A stretch of DNA of 63,805 nucleotides, the filler included. It is 16 parts of 16 records of this genome, joined end to end, with 100 filler letters (N's around TTAATTAATTAA, not from the genome) between each part and the next. Parts side by side here need not be neighbours in the genome. Positions count along the whole stretch, not along the records: positions 37,497 to 40,085 come from SRR11831580_5634; positions 40,186 to 46,486 come from SRR11831580_5641; positions 46,587 to 50,638 come from SRR11831580_5660; 13 more parts are not named here. One strand, written 5' to 3'. Both the position numbers and the translations under genes were made by a program. This document shows, piece by piece, positions 39,594 through 50,638 of this stretch (its first letter is position 1; the number at the start of each line of letters is the position of its first letter). Below the pieces are notes generated by a model, which saw only the letters and a program-made list of their open reading frames with translations, did no database searches and had not been told where the DNA came from.

Positions 39594-40185
39594 TTTCTTG
39601 TAACCGGTTCTGATCATATTTTCTACAGCTGATGTATCCAGACGCCCCGCCTCGCTTCCCCACTATACCTGGTCTGCCCACTCCGCGTGCTGTACGCAGC
39701 GGCTTGCAAGGCGATCAGCTGGAAGCACTGGCTGCCGACAACCAAGCTGCCAACGCACTGCGCTGGACGCAGCAGTCGGTGAACTTCCAGCCCTACCGGA
39801 AAGGAGAGCTGGTGTACGTCGCTACACCACACCGCAGTGGTATCAAGCGTGCGCCTGGTCAGGTGCTGTGGGGTGCCGCGGCAACCATCTACACCTACAA
39901 CGAACACGGCCACACCTACCGCCTCAAGTGGGTGACCGATGGCCACCTCGGAGAGTTGCCGGGTGGTCTGTCGATCCGAGAGTGGGGTCACGCCGACTTG
40001 AAGAAGGTCCCGTACGCACAGACAACGGACATCCTCCGCAACAAGGTTGTTCCCAGCATTGGCTACTCCCCGTCCCAGTTTGCCANNNNNNNNNNNNNNN
40101 NNNNNNNNNNNNNNNNNNNNNNNNNNNNNTTAATTAATTAANNNNNNNNNNNNNNNNNNNNNNNNNNNNNNNNNNNNNNNNNNNN

Positions 40186-40497
40186 AAACGCTGCCGAGTG
40201 GCATCAGAAAACCGGTTATCTGCCAATCACCAAAGCAGCGTATGACCTGACCCGTGAGCAGGGCTTTTATGAGAAAACCCAGGGGCGGATACCGCGACGC
40301 GTCAGATGCTGAATAAGCCGCCGTTGCCGTTCACCAAAGGGCTGCGTCTGGGCAACATGCCGCAGATCCGCGTGATTGTGGATGAAGAGCTGGAGAGCGT
40401 GTGGACCGGTAAGAAGACACCACAGCAGGCACTGGATACCGCCGTTGAGCGTGGAAATCAGTTGCTGCGCCGCTTTGAGAAATCGACGAAGTCTTAA
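40186..40497 (+). CDS. ugpB: Glycerol-3-phosphate binding protein, C-terminal part (apparent 1-nt homopolymer deletion near 40275)
   Basis: [15 protein letters not shown]...[16 protein letters not shown]...EKSTKS. Confidence 0.92.
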
Positions 40498-40506
40498 TCA
40501 GTGTAA

Positions 40507-40574
40507 TGTCGGATGCGTTTCGCTTATCTGACCTGGCATCGCGTGTAGGCCGGATAAGCGAAGCGCATCCGGCA
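40507..40574. repeat. REP/BIME element
   Basis: tgtcggatgcg...ttatctgacc and taggccggataagcg...catccggca. Confidence 0.88.
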
Positions 40575-40594
40575 CAGTTCAGGAATTAACCGTA

Positions 40595-41482
40595 ATGTCA
40601 TCATCCCGTCCGGTGTTCCGCTCGCGCTGGCTGCCTTATCTGCTGGTCGCGCCGCAGCTCATCATCACCGTTATCTTTTTTATCTGGCCTGCGGGCGAAG
40701 CGTTGTGGTACTCGCTACAAAGCGTCGATCCGTTTGGTTTCTCCAGCCAGTTTGTCGGCCTGGATAACTTCGTCACGCTGTTCCATGACAGCTACTATCT
40801 CGACTCCTTCTGGACGACGATAAAATTCAGCACCTTTGTCACCGTCAGCGGTTTGCTGGTATCGCTGTTCTTTGCGGCGCTGGTGGAGTACATCGTGCGC
40901 GGCAGCCGTTTCTATCAAACCTTAATGTTGCTGCCTTACGCCGTGGCTCCCGCCGTTGCCGCCGTATTGTGGATCTTCCTGTTTAACCCCGGTCGCGGGC
41001 TGATCACCCATTTTCTCGCGGAGTTCGGCTACGACTGGAACCACGCGCAAAACAGCGGTCAGGCAATGTTTCTGGTGGTGTTTGCCTCAGTATGGAAGCA
41101 AATCAGCTACAACTTCCTGTTCTTCTATGCCGCGCTGCAATCCATTCCCCGTTCGTTGATCGAAGCCGCAGCCATCGACGGTGCAGGGCCGATTCGCCGC
41201 TTCTTTAAGATTGCGCTGCCGCTTATCGCCCCGGTGAGTTTCTTCCTGCTGGTAATGAACCTGGTGTATGCCTTCTTCGACACCTTCCCGGTGATCGACG
41301 CCGCCACGTCCGGCGGGCCGGTTCAGGCCACCACGACGCTGATTTATAAGATCTACCGCGAAGGTTTTACCGGACTGGATCTGGCTTCGTCTGCCGCACA
41401 GTCGGTGGTGTTGATGTTCCTCGTCATCGTGCTGACGGTGGTGCAGTTCCGCTATGTTGAAAGCAAGGTGCGTTACCAATGA
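40595..41482 (+). CDS. ugpA: Glycerol-3-phosphate ABC permease
   Basis: 295 aa, EAAAIDGA loop. Confidence 0.96.
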   Translation: MSSSRPVFRSRWLPYLLVAPQLIITVIFFIWPAGEALWYSLQSVDPFGFSSQFVGLDNFVTLFHDSYYLDSFWTTIKFSTFVTVSGLLVSLFFAALVEYIVRGSRFYQTLMLLPYAVAPAVAAVLWIFLFNPGRGLITHFLAEFGYDWNHAQNSGQAMFLVVFASVWKQISYNFLFFYAALQSIPRSLIEAAAIDGAGPIRRFFKIALPLIAPVSFFLLVMNLVYAFFDTFPVIDAATSGGPVQATTTLIYKIYREGFTGLDLASSAAQSVVLMFLVIVLTVVQFRYVESKVRYQ

Positions 41483-42324
41483 TTGAGAACCGTCCGTGGC
41501 TGACGATATTCAGCCATACCATGCTGATCCTCGGGATCGCGGTGATCCTTTTCCCGCTGTACGTGGCGTTTGTCGCGGCGACGCTGGATAAACAGGCCGT
41601 CTATGCCGCGCCGATGACGCTCATCCCCGGCACACATCTGCTGGAAAACATCCACAACATCTGGGTGAACGGGGTAGGCACGAATAGCGCGCCGTTCTGG
41701 CGGATGTTGCTTAACAGCTTTGTGATGGCGTTCAGCATTACGCTCGGCAAAATTACCGTCTCGATGCTCTCGGCATTTGCCATTGTCTGGTTTCGTTTTC
41801 CGCTACGTAACCTCTTCTTCTGGATGATTTTTATCACCCTGATGCTGCCGGTTGAAGTACGTATCTTCCCGACGGTGGAAGTCATCGCCAACCTGCAGAT
41901 GCTCGACAGCTACGCCGGTTTAACGCTGCCGCTGATGGCCTCGGCGACCGCTACTTTCCTGTTCCGCCAGTTCTTTATGACGCTGCCGGATGAGCTGGTG
42001 GAAGCCGCGCGGATCGACGGCGCATCGCCAATGCGCTTCTTTTGCGACATCGTTTTTCCGCTCTCCAAAACTAATCTGGCGGCGCTGTTTGTGATCACCT
42101 TTATCTACGGCTGGAATCAGTATTTGTGGCCGTTGTTGATTATTACCGATGTGGATCTCGGCACCACCGTGGCAGGGATCAAAGGGATGATCGCTACAGG
42201 CGAAGGCACCACGGAATGGAACTCAGTGATGGTGGCGATGTTGTTAACGCTTATCCCTCCGGTGGTGATTGTTTTAGTGATGCAGCGTGCCTTCGTGCGC
42301 GGCCTGGTCGATAGTGAGAAATAA
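41479..42324 (+). CDS. ugpE: Glycerol-3-phosphate ABC permease
   Basis: 281 aa, EAARIDGA loop. Confidence 0.96.
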   Translation: MIENRPWLTIFSHTMLILGIAVILFPLYVAFVAATLDKQAVYAAPMTLIPGTHLLENIHNIWVNGVGTNSAPFWRMLLNSFVMAFSITLGKITVSMLSAFAIVWFRFPLRNLFFWMIFITLMLPVEVRIFPTVEVIANLQMLDSYAGLTLPLMASATATFLFRQFFMTLPDELVEAARIDGASPMRFFCDIVFPLSKTNLAALFVITFIYGWNQYLWPLLIITDVDLGTTVAGIKGMIATGEGTTEWNSVMVAMLLTLIPPVVIVLVMQRAFVRGLVDSEK

Positions 42325-42325
42325 G

Positions 42326-43396
42326 ATGGCAGGACTGAAATTACAGGCAGTAACCAAAAGCTGGGATGGTAAAACCCAGGTCATTAAACCGCTGACCCTT
42401 GATGTGGCGGATGGCGAATTTATCGTGATGGTCGGGCCGTCTGGCTGCGGGAAATCGACGCTGCTGCGCATGGTTGCCGGGCTGGAGCGGGTGACAGAAG
42501 GCGATATCTGGATCAACGACCAGCGCGTGACTGAAATGGAGCCAAAAGATCGCGGGATTGCGATGGTGTTCCAGAACTACGCGCTTTATCCGCATATGAG
42601 TGTCGAAGAAAACATGGCGTGGGGGCTGAAAATTCGCGGCATGGGCAAGCAGCAAATTGCCGAGCGCGTTAAAGAAGCGGCGCGCATTCTGGAGCTGGAC
42701 GGTCTGCTCAAACGTCGCTCGCGCGAGCTTTCCGGCGGTCAGCGCCAGCGTGTGGCGATGGGCCGCGCGATTGTGCGCGATCCGGCGGTGTTCCTGTTTG
42801 ATGAGCCGCTCTCTAACCTCGATGCCAAGCTGCGCGTGCAGATGCGTCTTGAACTGCAACAGTTGCACCGTCGCCTGAAAACGACTTCACTCTACGTTAC
42901 TCACGATCAGGTTGAAGCGATGACGCTCGCCCAGCGAGTAATGGTGATGAACGGCGGTGTTGCCGAACAGATTGGCACACCAGTTGAAGTCTACGAAAAG
43001 CCCGCCAGCCTGTTTGTAGCGAGTTTTATCGGCAGTCCGGCGATGAACCTGCTGACAGGCCGCGTGAATAACGAAGGCACGCATTTCGAACTGGACGGCG
43101 GTATTGAGCTGCCGCTAAACGGTGGCTACCGTCAGTATGCCGGGCGTAAAATGACTCTCGGCATTCGCCCGGAACATATTGCGCTAAGCTCGCAGGCAGA
43201 AGGCGGCGTACCGATGGTGATGGACACGCTGGAGATCCTCGGCGCAGATAACCTGGCGCACGGACGCTGGGGCGAGCAGAAGCTGGTGGTGCGACTGGCG
43301 CATCAGGAGCGCCCGACGGCAGGCAGCACGCTGTGGCTGCATCTGGCGGAAAATCAGCTGCATCTTTTTGATGGTGAAACAGGACAACGAGTATGA
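42326..43396 (+). CDS. ugpC: Glycerol-3-phosphate ABC ATPase
   Basis: [25 protein letters not shown]. Confidence 0.96.
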   Translation: MAGLKLQAVTKSWDGKTQVIKPLTLDVADGEFIVMVGPSGCGKSTLLRMVAGLERVTEGDIWINDQRVTEMEPKDRGIAMVFQNYALYPHMSVEENMAWGLKIRGMGKQQIAERVKEAARILELDGLLKRRSRELSGGQRQRVAMGRAIVRDPAVFLFDEPLSNLDAKLRVQMRLELQQLHRRLKTTSLYVTHDQVEAMTLAQRVMVMNGGVAEQIGTPVEVYEKPASLFVASFIGSPAMNLLTGRVNNEGTHFELDGGIELPLNGGYRQYAGRKMTLGIRPEHIALSSQAEGGVPMVMDTLEILGADNLAHGRWGEQKLVVRLAHQERPTAGSTLWLHLAENQLHLFDGETGQRV

Positions 43397-44136
43397 GTAA
43401 CTGGCCTTATCCCCGCATCGTCGCTCATCGTGGCGGCGGTAAGCTGGCCCCGGAAAACACCCTGGCGTCAATCGACGTCGGGGCAAAATACGGTCATAAG
43501 ATGATCGAATTTGACGCGAAGTTATCGAAAGATGGCGAGATCTTCCTGCTCCATGACGACAATCTCGAACGTACCAGCAACGGCTGGGGCGTCGCGGGTG
43601 AACTGAACTGGCAGGATTTACTGCGCGTGGATGCGGGCAGTTGGTACAGCAAAATGTTTAAAGGTGAGCCGCTACCGTTGCTTTCGCAGGTGGCGGAACG
43701 TTGCCGCGAACACGGGATGATGGCGAATATCGAAATCAAACCCACCACCGGCACCGGGCCATTAACGGGCAAAATGGTGGCGCTGGCGGCACGCGAGCTG
43801 TGGGCCGGTATGACGCCGCCGCTGCTGTCATCGTTTGAGATTGATGCTTTAGAAGCTGCACAACAGGCGGCACCGGAACTGCCGCGCGGTTTGTTGCTGG
43901 ATGAGTGGCGCGACGACTGGCGCGAACTGACCGCGCGGCTGGGCTGCGTCTCTATTCATCTCAATCATAAGTTATTCAATAAAGCGCGAGTGATGCAGTT
44001 GAAAGACGCCGGACTGCGGATTCTGGTTTATACCGTCAATAAACCCCAGCGCGCAGCAGAGTTGCTGCGCTGGGGTGTGGATTGCATCTGTACCGATGCG
44101 ATTGACGTGATTGGTCCGAACTTTACGGCCCAATAG
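43393..44136 (+). CDS. ugpQ: Cytosolic glycerophosphodiester phosphodiesterase
   Basis: AHRG...[15 protein letters not shown]...HD. Confidence 0.96.
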
Positions 44137-44563
44137 TTTTCAACGGAATGTCAGGCTGCGGCGTGCTGGGCTGATTCAGCATGTCGCCGTTTCTCCTCTC
44201 CGGCAGCATATGCTGCTGATTCAACGAACTATCCGGATTACGGTTGCTGTTTAACATCCCGCCGTTGGTGTTGGGCAGCATTTGCTGCCGGGCGGGATTT
44301 CGCTCCCCCGGCTGTGACTGCAACACCCGCTGAGAATTATTGTTTATCTGGTTTTCTAAATGCTGCTGTTGCAACTGAGTTTGCGTTTTCAGTTGCTGAT
44401 TCAGCATCCCTTTTTGCTGGATTTGCTGAGTCTGCATCTGGGTTTGCATCCGCTGCTGGCTGGGTATCTGATACCCCGGCTGGTTAGGGTTGTTCAGAGT
44501 ATTAATGGGCTGTGCAAAGCCGACAAACGGCAGGAGTGCCGTAAGAATCAGAAGTCGTTTCAT
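44123..44563 (-). CDS. yhhA: Q/N-rich exported protein YhhA
   Basis: Signal peptide, Q-rich 146 aa, between ugpQ and ggt. Confidence 0.9.
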
Positions 44564-44682
44564 CGCGTATCCTCCTCTGAAGATATCCTTTAAGTTTACT
44601 CGCTTCCCGACAAAACGATGATTAATTCAGAGTTATATACCAGGCTTAGCTGGGGTTGCCCCTTAATCTCTGGAGAATAACG

Positions 44683-46425
44683 ATGATAAAACCGACGTTT
44701 TTACGCCGGGTGGCCATTGCTGCTCTGCTCTCAGGAAGTTGTTTTAGCGCCGCCGCCGCGCCTCCTGCGCCGCCCGTCTCGTATGGTGTGGAGGAAGATG
44801 TCTTCCACCCGGTACGCGCGAAACAGGGAATGGTAGCGTCTGTGGACGCCACTGCCACTCAGGTGGGGGTGGATATTCTCAAGGAGGGCGGGAATGCCGT
44901 TGATGCCGCCGTGGCGGTGGGCTACGCGCTGGCGGTAACGCATCCGCAGGCAGGGAATCTGGGCGGTGGTGGTTTTATGTTAATCCGCTCGAAAAATGGC
45001 AATACCACGGCTATCGATTTCCGCGAAATGGCACCCGCCAAAGCGACCCGCGATATGTTCCTCGATGATCAGGGCAACCCGGACAGCAAAAAATCACTCA
45101 CTTCGCATCTGGCTTCCGGCACACCGGGTACGGTAGCAGGTTTCTCGCTGGCGCTGGATAAATACGGCACCATGCCGCTGAACAAAGTCGTGCAGCCCGC
45201 GTTTAAACTGGCACGCGATGGTTTTATCGTTAACGACGCGCTGGCTGACGATCTCAAAACCTACGGTAGCGAAGTGTTGCCGAATCACGAAAACAGTAAA
45301 GCTATCTTCTGGAAAGAGGGCGAGCCGCTGAAAAAGGGCGACACGCTGGTGCAGGCGAACCTGGCAAAGAGCCTGGAGATGATTGCTGAAAACGGCCCGG
45401 ACGAATTCTATAAAGGCACGATTGCGGAACAGATCGCCCAGGAGATGCAGAAAAACGGTGGCTTGATCACTAAAGAAGATTTAGCAGCCTATAAAGCGGT
45501 CGAACGCACTCCGATAAGCGGCGATTATCGCGGGTATCAGGTTTACTCCATGCCACCGCCATCCTCCGGCGGGATCCATATCGTACAAATCCTCAATATT
45601 CTGGAAAACTTCGATATGAAGAAATACGGCTTTGGCAGCGCCGATGCGATGCAAATCATGGCAGAAGCGGAGAAATACGCCTACGCCGACCGCTCGGAAT
45701 ATCTTGGCGACCCGGATTTTGTCAAAGTACCGTGGCAGGCGCTGACCAATAAAGCCTATGCCAAATCTATTGCCGATCAAATTGATATCAATAAAGCGAA
45801 GCCATCCAGCGAAATTCGCCCCGGCAAGCTTGCGCCTTATGAGAGTAATCAAACTACCCATTACTCAGTGGTGGATAAAGATGGTAACGCGGTGGCGGTG
45901 ACCTATACGCTGAACACCACCTTCGGTACGGGCATTGTCGCGGGCGAGAGCGGTATTCTGCTTAATAACCAGATGGATGATTTCTCCGTCAAACCGGGCG
46001 TACCGAACGTTTACGGGCTGGTGGGCGGTGATGCCAACGCCGTCGGGCCGAACAAACGCCCGCTGTCGTCGATGTCGCCGACCATTGTGGTGAAAGACGG
46101 TAAAACCTGGCTGGTTACCGGTAGCCCAGGCGGTAGCCGGATCATCACTACAGTGCTGCAAATGGTGGTGAATAGCATCGATTATGGCTTGAACGTCGCC
46201 GAAGCGACCAATGCGCCGCGTTTCCACCATCAGTGGTTGCCGGACGAGCTGCGTGTCGAAAAAGGGTTTAGCCCGGATACGCTCAAGCTGCTGGAAGCAA
46301 AAGGTCAGAAAGTGGCGCTGAAAGAGGCGATGGGCAGTACACAAAGCATTATGGTTGGGCCGGACGGTGAGTTGTACGGCGCATCCGACCCGCGCTCGGT
46401 GGATGATTTAACGGCGGGGTACTAA
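44683..46425 (+). CDS. ggt: Gamma-glutamyltranspeptidase
   Basis: 580 aa, GGNAVDAAVA, autocleavage Q/TTHYSVVD, RPLSSMSP. Confidence 0.97.
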   Translation: MIKPTFLRRVAIAALLSGSCFSAAAAPPAPPVSYGVEEDVFHPVRAKQGMVASVDATATQVGVDILKEGGNAVDAAVAVGYALAVTHPQAGNLGGGGFMLIRSKNGNTTAIDFREMAPAKATRDMFLDDQGNPDSKKSLTSHLASGTPGTVAGFSLALDKYGTMPLNKVVQPAFKLARDGFIVNDALADDLKTYGSEVLPNHENSKAIFWKEGEPLKKGDTLVQANLAKSLEMIAENGPDEFYKGTIAEQIAQEMQKNGGLITKEDLAAYKAVERTPISGDYRGYQVYSMPPPSSGGIHIVQILNILENFDMKKYGFGSADAMQIMAEAEKYAYADRSEYLGDPDFVKVPWQALTNKAYAKSIADQIDINKAKPSSEIRPGKLAPYESNQTTHYSVVDKDGNAVAVTYTLNTTFGTGIVAGESGILLNNQMDDFSVKPGVPNVYGLVGGDANAVGPNKRPLSSMSPTIVVKDGKTWLVTGSPGGSRIITTVLQMVVNSIDYGLNVAEATNAPRFHHQWLPDELRVEKGFSPDTLKLLEAKGQKVALKEAMGSTQSIMVGPDGELYGASDPRSVDDLTAGY

Positions 46426-46428
46426 GGT

Positions 46429-46461
46429 TAGCGGCCCTCTTCGTGGGAAGAGGGCTATTTT
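46429..46461 (+). terminator. Terminator after ggt
   Basis: gccctctt-cgtggg-aagagggc hairpin followed by tatttt. Confidence 0.7.
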
Positions 46462-46586
46462 GTCAGGGCAAGCCGAAGGTAGCCTTNNNNNNNNNNNNNN
46501 NNNNNNNNNNNNNNNNNNNNNNNNNNNNNNTTAATTAATTAANNNNNNNNNNNNNNNNNNNNNNNNNNNNNNNNNNNNNNNNNNNN

Positions 46587-46615
46587 TCGGATAAGGCGTT
46601 TACGCCGCATCCGAC
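46587..46615. repeat. REP fragment
   Basis: tcggataaggcgtttacgccgcatccgaca. Confidence 0.88.
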
Positions 46616-46623
46616 ATTATTTT

Positions 46624-47244
46624 TCACGCATGCCTCGCCGATGCTAACAGCGCTCCCACCAGCATAAACAACGAGCCGAAAATCTTATTCAGCGCCTTCA
46701 TCTGCTTTGGTCCTTTAATCCATAGAGCAATCCGTTGAGCAAGGGTGGCGTAACCGATCATCACAATAATATCGACCACAATAGTGGTGACGCCGAGCAC
46801 GATATACTGCATCAGTTGCGGCTGTTGCGGCATGATGAATTGCGGAAATAGCGCCGCCAGAAACACAATACTTTTGGGATTGGTGAGATTCACAAAAACT
46901 GCGCGCTGGAACAAATGTCGACGCGATTGAGTAGAGGCCAGCGATTTAAGGTCAATTGCACCAGCGGCGCGCCACTGCTGGATTCCCAGCCAAATCAAGT
47001 AAGCCGCGCCTGCCCACTTCAACACTTCAAACGCAATCACTGAGCGGGAAAATAGCGTCCCCAACCCCACGCCAACCAGCACAATATGAATCGCCAGTCC
47101 GGTCTGAAGCCCAGCAATAGACGCCACCGCGCCGCGATAACCGTGGTTGAGCGAGGTGGTCATAGTGTTGATTGCACCAGAGCCTGGCGACAGGCTTAAA
47201 ATGATCGATGTCAGCAGGTAGGCAAACCACCATTCTAAGGTCAT
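46624..47244 (-). CDS. rhtB: Homoserine/homoserine lactone exporter
   Basis: LysE/RhtB motifs SPGSG and NLTNPKS. Confidence 0.95.
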
Positions 47245-47353
47245 GATGAACTCCCGGTGTGTCTATTTTTGTGCCACAATACGCTACTGTCGCAGCGTTG
47301 TGTCAGGCACGCTAAAAAAACGATTTTACGTGGTTTAAGAGGCAGATTACCCG

Positions 47354-48376
47354 ATGTTTCAGCAGCAAAAAGACTGGGAAACAAGAGAAAACGCGTTTGC
47401 TGCTTTTACCATGGGACCGCTGACTGATTTCTGGCGTCAGCGTGATGAAGCAGAGTTTACTGGTGTGGATGACATTCCGGTGCGCTTTGTCCGTTTTCGC
47501 GCACAGCACCATGACCGGGTGGTAGTCATCTGCCCGGGGCGTATTGAGAGCTACGTAAAATATGCGGAACTGGCCTATGACCTGTTCCATTTGGGGTTTG
47601 ATGTCTTAATCATCGACCATCGCGGGCAGGGACGTTCCGGTCGCCTGTTAGCCGATCCGCATCTCGGGCATGTTAATCGCTTTAATGATTATGTTGATGA
47701 TCTGGCGGCATTCTGGCAGCAGGAGGTTCAGCCCGGTCCGTGGCGTAAACGCTATATACTGGCACATTCGATGGGCGGTGCGATCTCCACATTATTTCTG
47801 CAACGCCATCCAGGTGTATGTGACGCCATTGCGCTAACTGCGCCAATGTTTGGGATCGTGATTCGTATGCCGTCATTTATGGCACGGCAGATCCTCAACT
47901 GGGCCGAAGCGCATCCACGTTTCCGTGATGGCTATGCAATAGGCACCGGGCGCTGGCGCGCGTTGCCGTTTGCTATCAACGTACTGACCCACAGCAGACA
48001 GCGATATCGACGTAACTTACGCTTCTATGCTGATGACCCAACGATTCGCGTCGGTGGGCCGACCTACCATTGGGTACGCGAAAGTATTCTGGCTGGCGAA
48101 CAGGTGTTAGCCGGTGCGGGTGATGACGCCACGCCAACGCTTCTCTTGCAGGCTGAAGAGGAACGCGTGGTGGATAACCGCATGCATGACCGTTTTTGTG
48201 AACTCCGCACCGCCGCGGGCCATCCTGTCGAAGGAGGACGGCCGTTGGTAATTAAAGGTGCTTACCATGAGATCCTTTTTGAAAAGGACGCAATGCGCTC
48301 AGTCGCGCTCCACGCCATCGTTGATTTTTTCAACAGGCATAACTCACCCAGCGGAAACCGCTCTACAGAGGTTTAA
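47354..48376 (+). CDS. pldB: Lysophospholipase L2
   Basis: DHRGQGRS, AHSMGG. Confidence 0.96.
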   Translation: MFQQQKDWETRENAFAAFTMGPLTDFWRQRDEAEFTGVDDIPVRFVRFRAQHHDRVVVICPGRIESYVKYAELAYDLFHLGFDVLIIDHRGQGRSGRLLADPHLGHVNRFNDYVDDLAAFWQQEVQPGPWRKRYILAHSMGGAISTLFLQRHPGVCDAIALTAPMFGIVIRMPSFMARQILNWAEAHPRFRDGYAIGTGRWRALPFAINVLTHSRQRYRRNLRFYADDPTIRVGGPTYHWVRESILAGEQVLAGAGDDATPTLLLQAEEERVVDNRMHDRFCELRTAAGHPVEGGRPLVIKGAYHEILFEKDAMRSVALHAIVDFFNRHNSPSGNRSTEV

Positions 48377-48383
48377 ATTTCTT

Positions 48384-49184
48384 ATGTACCAGGTTGTTGC
48401 GTCTGATTTAGATGGCACGTTACTTTCTCCCGACCATACGTTATCCCCTTACGCCAAAGAAACTCTGAAGCTGCTCACCGCGCGCGGCATCAACTTTGTG
48501 TTTGCGACCGGTCGTCACCACGTTGATGTGGGGCAAATTCGCGATAATCTGGAGATTAAGTCTTACATGATTACCTCCAATGGTGCGCGCGTTCACGATC
48601 TGGATGGTAATCTGATTTTTGCTCATAACCTGGATCGCGACATTGCCAGCGATCTGTTTGGCGTAGTCAACGACAATCCGGACATCATTACTAACGTTTA
48701 TCGCGACGACGAATGGTTTATGAATCGCCATCGCCCGGAAGAGATGCGCTTTTTTAAAGAAGCGGTGTTCCAATATGCGCTGTATGAGCCTGGATTACTG
48801 GAGCCGGAAGGCGTCAGCAAAGTGTTCTTCACCTGCGATTCCCATGAACAACTGCTGCCGCTGGAGCAGGCGATTAACGCTCGTTGGGGCGATCGCGTCA
48901 ACGTCAGTTTCTCTACCTTAACCTGTCTGGAAGTGATGGCGGGCGGCGTTTCAAAAGGCCATGCGCTGGAAGCGGTGGCGAAGAAACTGGGCTACAGCCT
49001 GAAGGATTGTATTGCGTTTGGTGACGGGATGAACGACGCCGAAATGCTGTCGATGGCGGGGAAAGGCTGCATTATGGGCAGTGCGCACCAGCGTCTGAAA
49101 GACCTTCATCCCGAGCTGGAAGTGATTGGTACTAATGCCGACGACGCGGTGCCGCATTATCTGCGTAAACTCTATTTATCGTAA
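48384..49184 (+). CDS. yigL: HAD sugar/pyridoxal phosphatase YigL
   Basis: MYQVVASDLDGTLL, AFGDGMND. Confidence 0.94.
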   Translation: MYQVVASDLDGTLLSPDHTLSPYAKETLKLLTARGINFVFATGRHHVDVGQIRDNLEIKSYMITSNGARVHDLDGNLIFAHNLDRDIASDLFGVVNDNPDIITNVYRDDEWFMNRHRPEEMRFFKEAVFQYALYEPGLLEPEGVSKVFFTCDSHEQLLPLEQAINARWGDRVNVSFSTLTCLEVMAGGVSKGHALEAVAKKLGYSLKDCIAFGDGMNDAEMLSMAGKGCIMGSAHQRLKDLHPELEVIGTNADDAVPHYLRKLYLS

Positions 49185-49259
49185 TCGTTCTTTATTTGGT
49201 CAGTTGTCAACCTGATACTTCGCTACAATGGATACCCGTTAATCAAAGAGTTTTCCATT

Positions 49260-50159
49260 GTGGCGCTACTTATCATCACCACGATTCTGTGGGCCTTCTC
49301 CTTTAGCTTTTATGGCGAGTACCTTGCGGGGCACGTCGATAGCTATTTTGCGGTGCTGGTGCGCGTTGGCCTGGCGGCACTCGTTTTTCTGCCGTTTCTG
49401 CGTACCCGTGGCAATAGCCTGAAAACGGTCGGCCTGTATATGCTGGTGGGCGCGATGCAGCTTGGCGTGATGTATATGCTGAGTTTCCGCGCTTATCTCT
49501 ACCTGACGGTTTCCGAGCTGCTGCTGTTCACCGTGCTGACGCCGCTCTACATCACGCTGATTTATGACATCATGAGTAAGCGCCGTCTGCGCTGGGGCTA
49601 TGCCTTTAGCGCCTTGCTGGCGGTGATTGGTGCCGGGATTATTCGCTATGATCAGGTCACCGACCATTTCTGGACTGGCTTGCTGCTGGTGCAACTCTCC
49701 AATATCACTTTTGCCATTGGCATGGTGGGTTACAAACGCCTGATGGAAACTCGCCCGATGCCACAGCATAACGCCTTTGCGTGGTTCTATCTTGGCGCGT
49801 TTCTGGTGGCAGTGATTGCATGGTTCTTGCTGGGAAATGCGCAGAAAATGCCGCAAACCACGCTGCAATGGGGCATTCTGGTGTTTCTTGGCGTGGTGGC
49901 TTCCGGGATTGGCTACTTTATGTGGAACTACGGCGCGACGCAGGTGGACGCCGGAACGCTGGGCATTATGAATAATATGCACGTTCCGGCAGGGCTGCTG
50001 GTAAACCTGGCTATCTGGCACCAACAGCCGCACTGGCCAACGTTTATTACAGGCGCGCTGGTGATCCTGGCCTCACTGTGGGTGCATCGTAAGTGGGTCG
50101 CTCCGCGCTCTTCACAAACGGCAGATGATCGCAGGCGTGATTGCGCGCTGAGCGAATAA
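49260..50159 (+). CDS. bioP: Biotin transporter (EamA family) YigM/BioP
   Basis: 299 aa membrane protein between yigL and metR. Confidence 0.9.
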
Positions 50160-50638
50160 ACGCTTCCGTAACTGGCTGACGCTGCTCGCCATCGCGCACG
50201 GCGGCGTACAGTCGGCTCCACAAGCCTTCGCCCAGGGTTTTGGTCACCACCAGACCCTGGCGCTCAAAACTCTCTACTACCCAATGCGGTAGCGCGGCAA
50301 TACCCATCCGCGCGGCAACCATCTGAATCAACAATAAGGTGTTATCGACGCTTTTCAGTGACGGGCTGACGCCTGCCGGCTGAAGAAAATGCCGCCAGAC
50401 ATCCAGTCGACTACGCTGCACCGGATAAATTAATAGCGTCTCGCTGGCGAGATCTTCCGGTGTAATTCGCGTTTTCGCCGCCAGTGGATGGTCAGGTGCT
50501 AACACCAGACGCACTTCATAGTCGAACATCGGCGAATAATGCAGGCCACTGCGCGGCAGAATATCGGACGTCATTACCAGATCCAGCTCTCCCTGTTGCA
50601 AGGCGGGCTGCGGGTCAAATGTCACGCCCGATTTAAAA
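50047..50638 (-). CDS. metR: LysR regulator MetR, C-terminal part
   Basis: LysR substrate-binding domain ending GSPARL, overlapping the yigM end. Confidence 0.93.

Larger units (their letters stand above)
38123..40085 (+). mobile_element. Intron-containing Ginger/GIN-like DDE integrase (transposase). Exons about 38123-38215 (tentative), 38451-38978, 39030-39479 and 39629 to contig end; 3'-truncated
   Basis: HHCC finger (LHYCTTLKLGTHDG...CEACVTC); core WTVDF, YLLVVVDHLSKY, ADNG-x-HPQSQGVVE with D-35-E spacing; splicing restores NHR|WTVDF and APVR|LMYPDAPPRFP; SH3-like YRKGELVYV; no RT or gag upstream. Confidence 0.88.
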
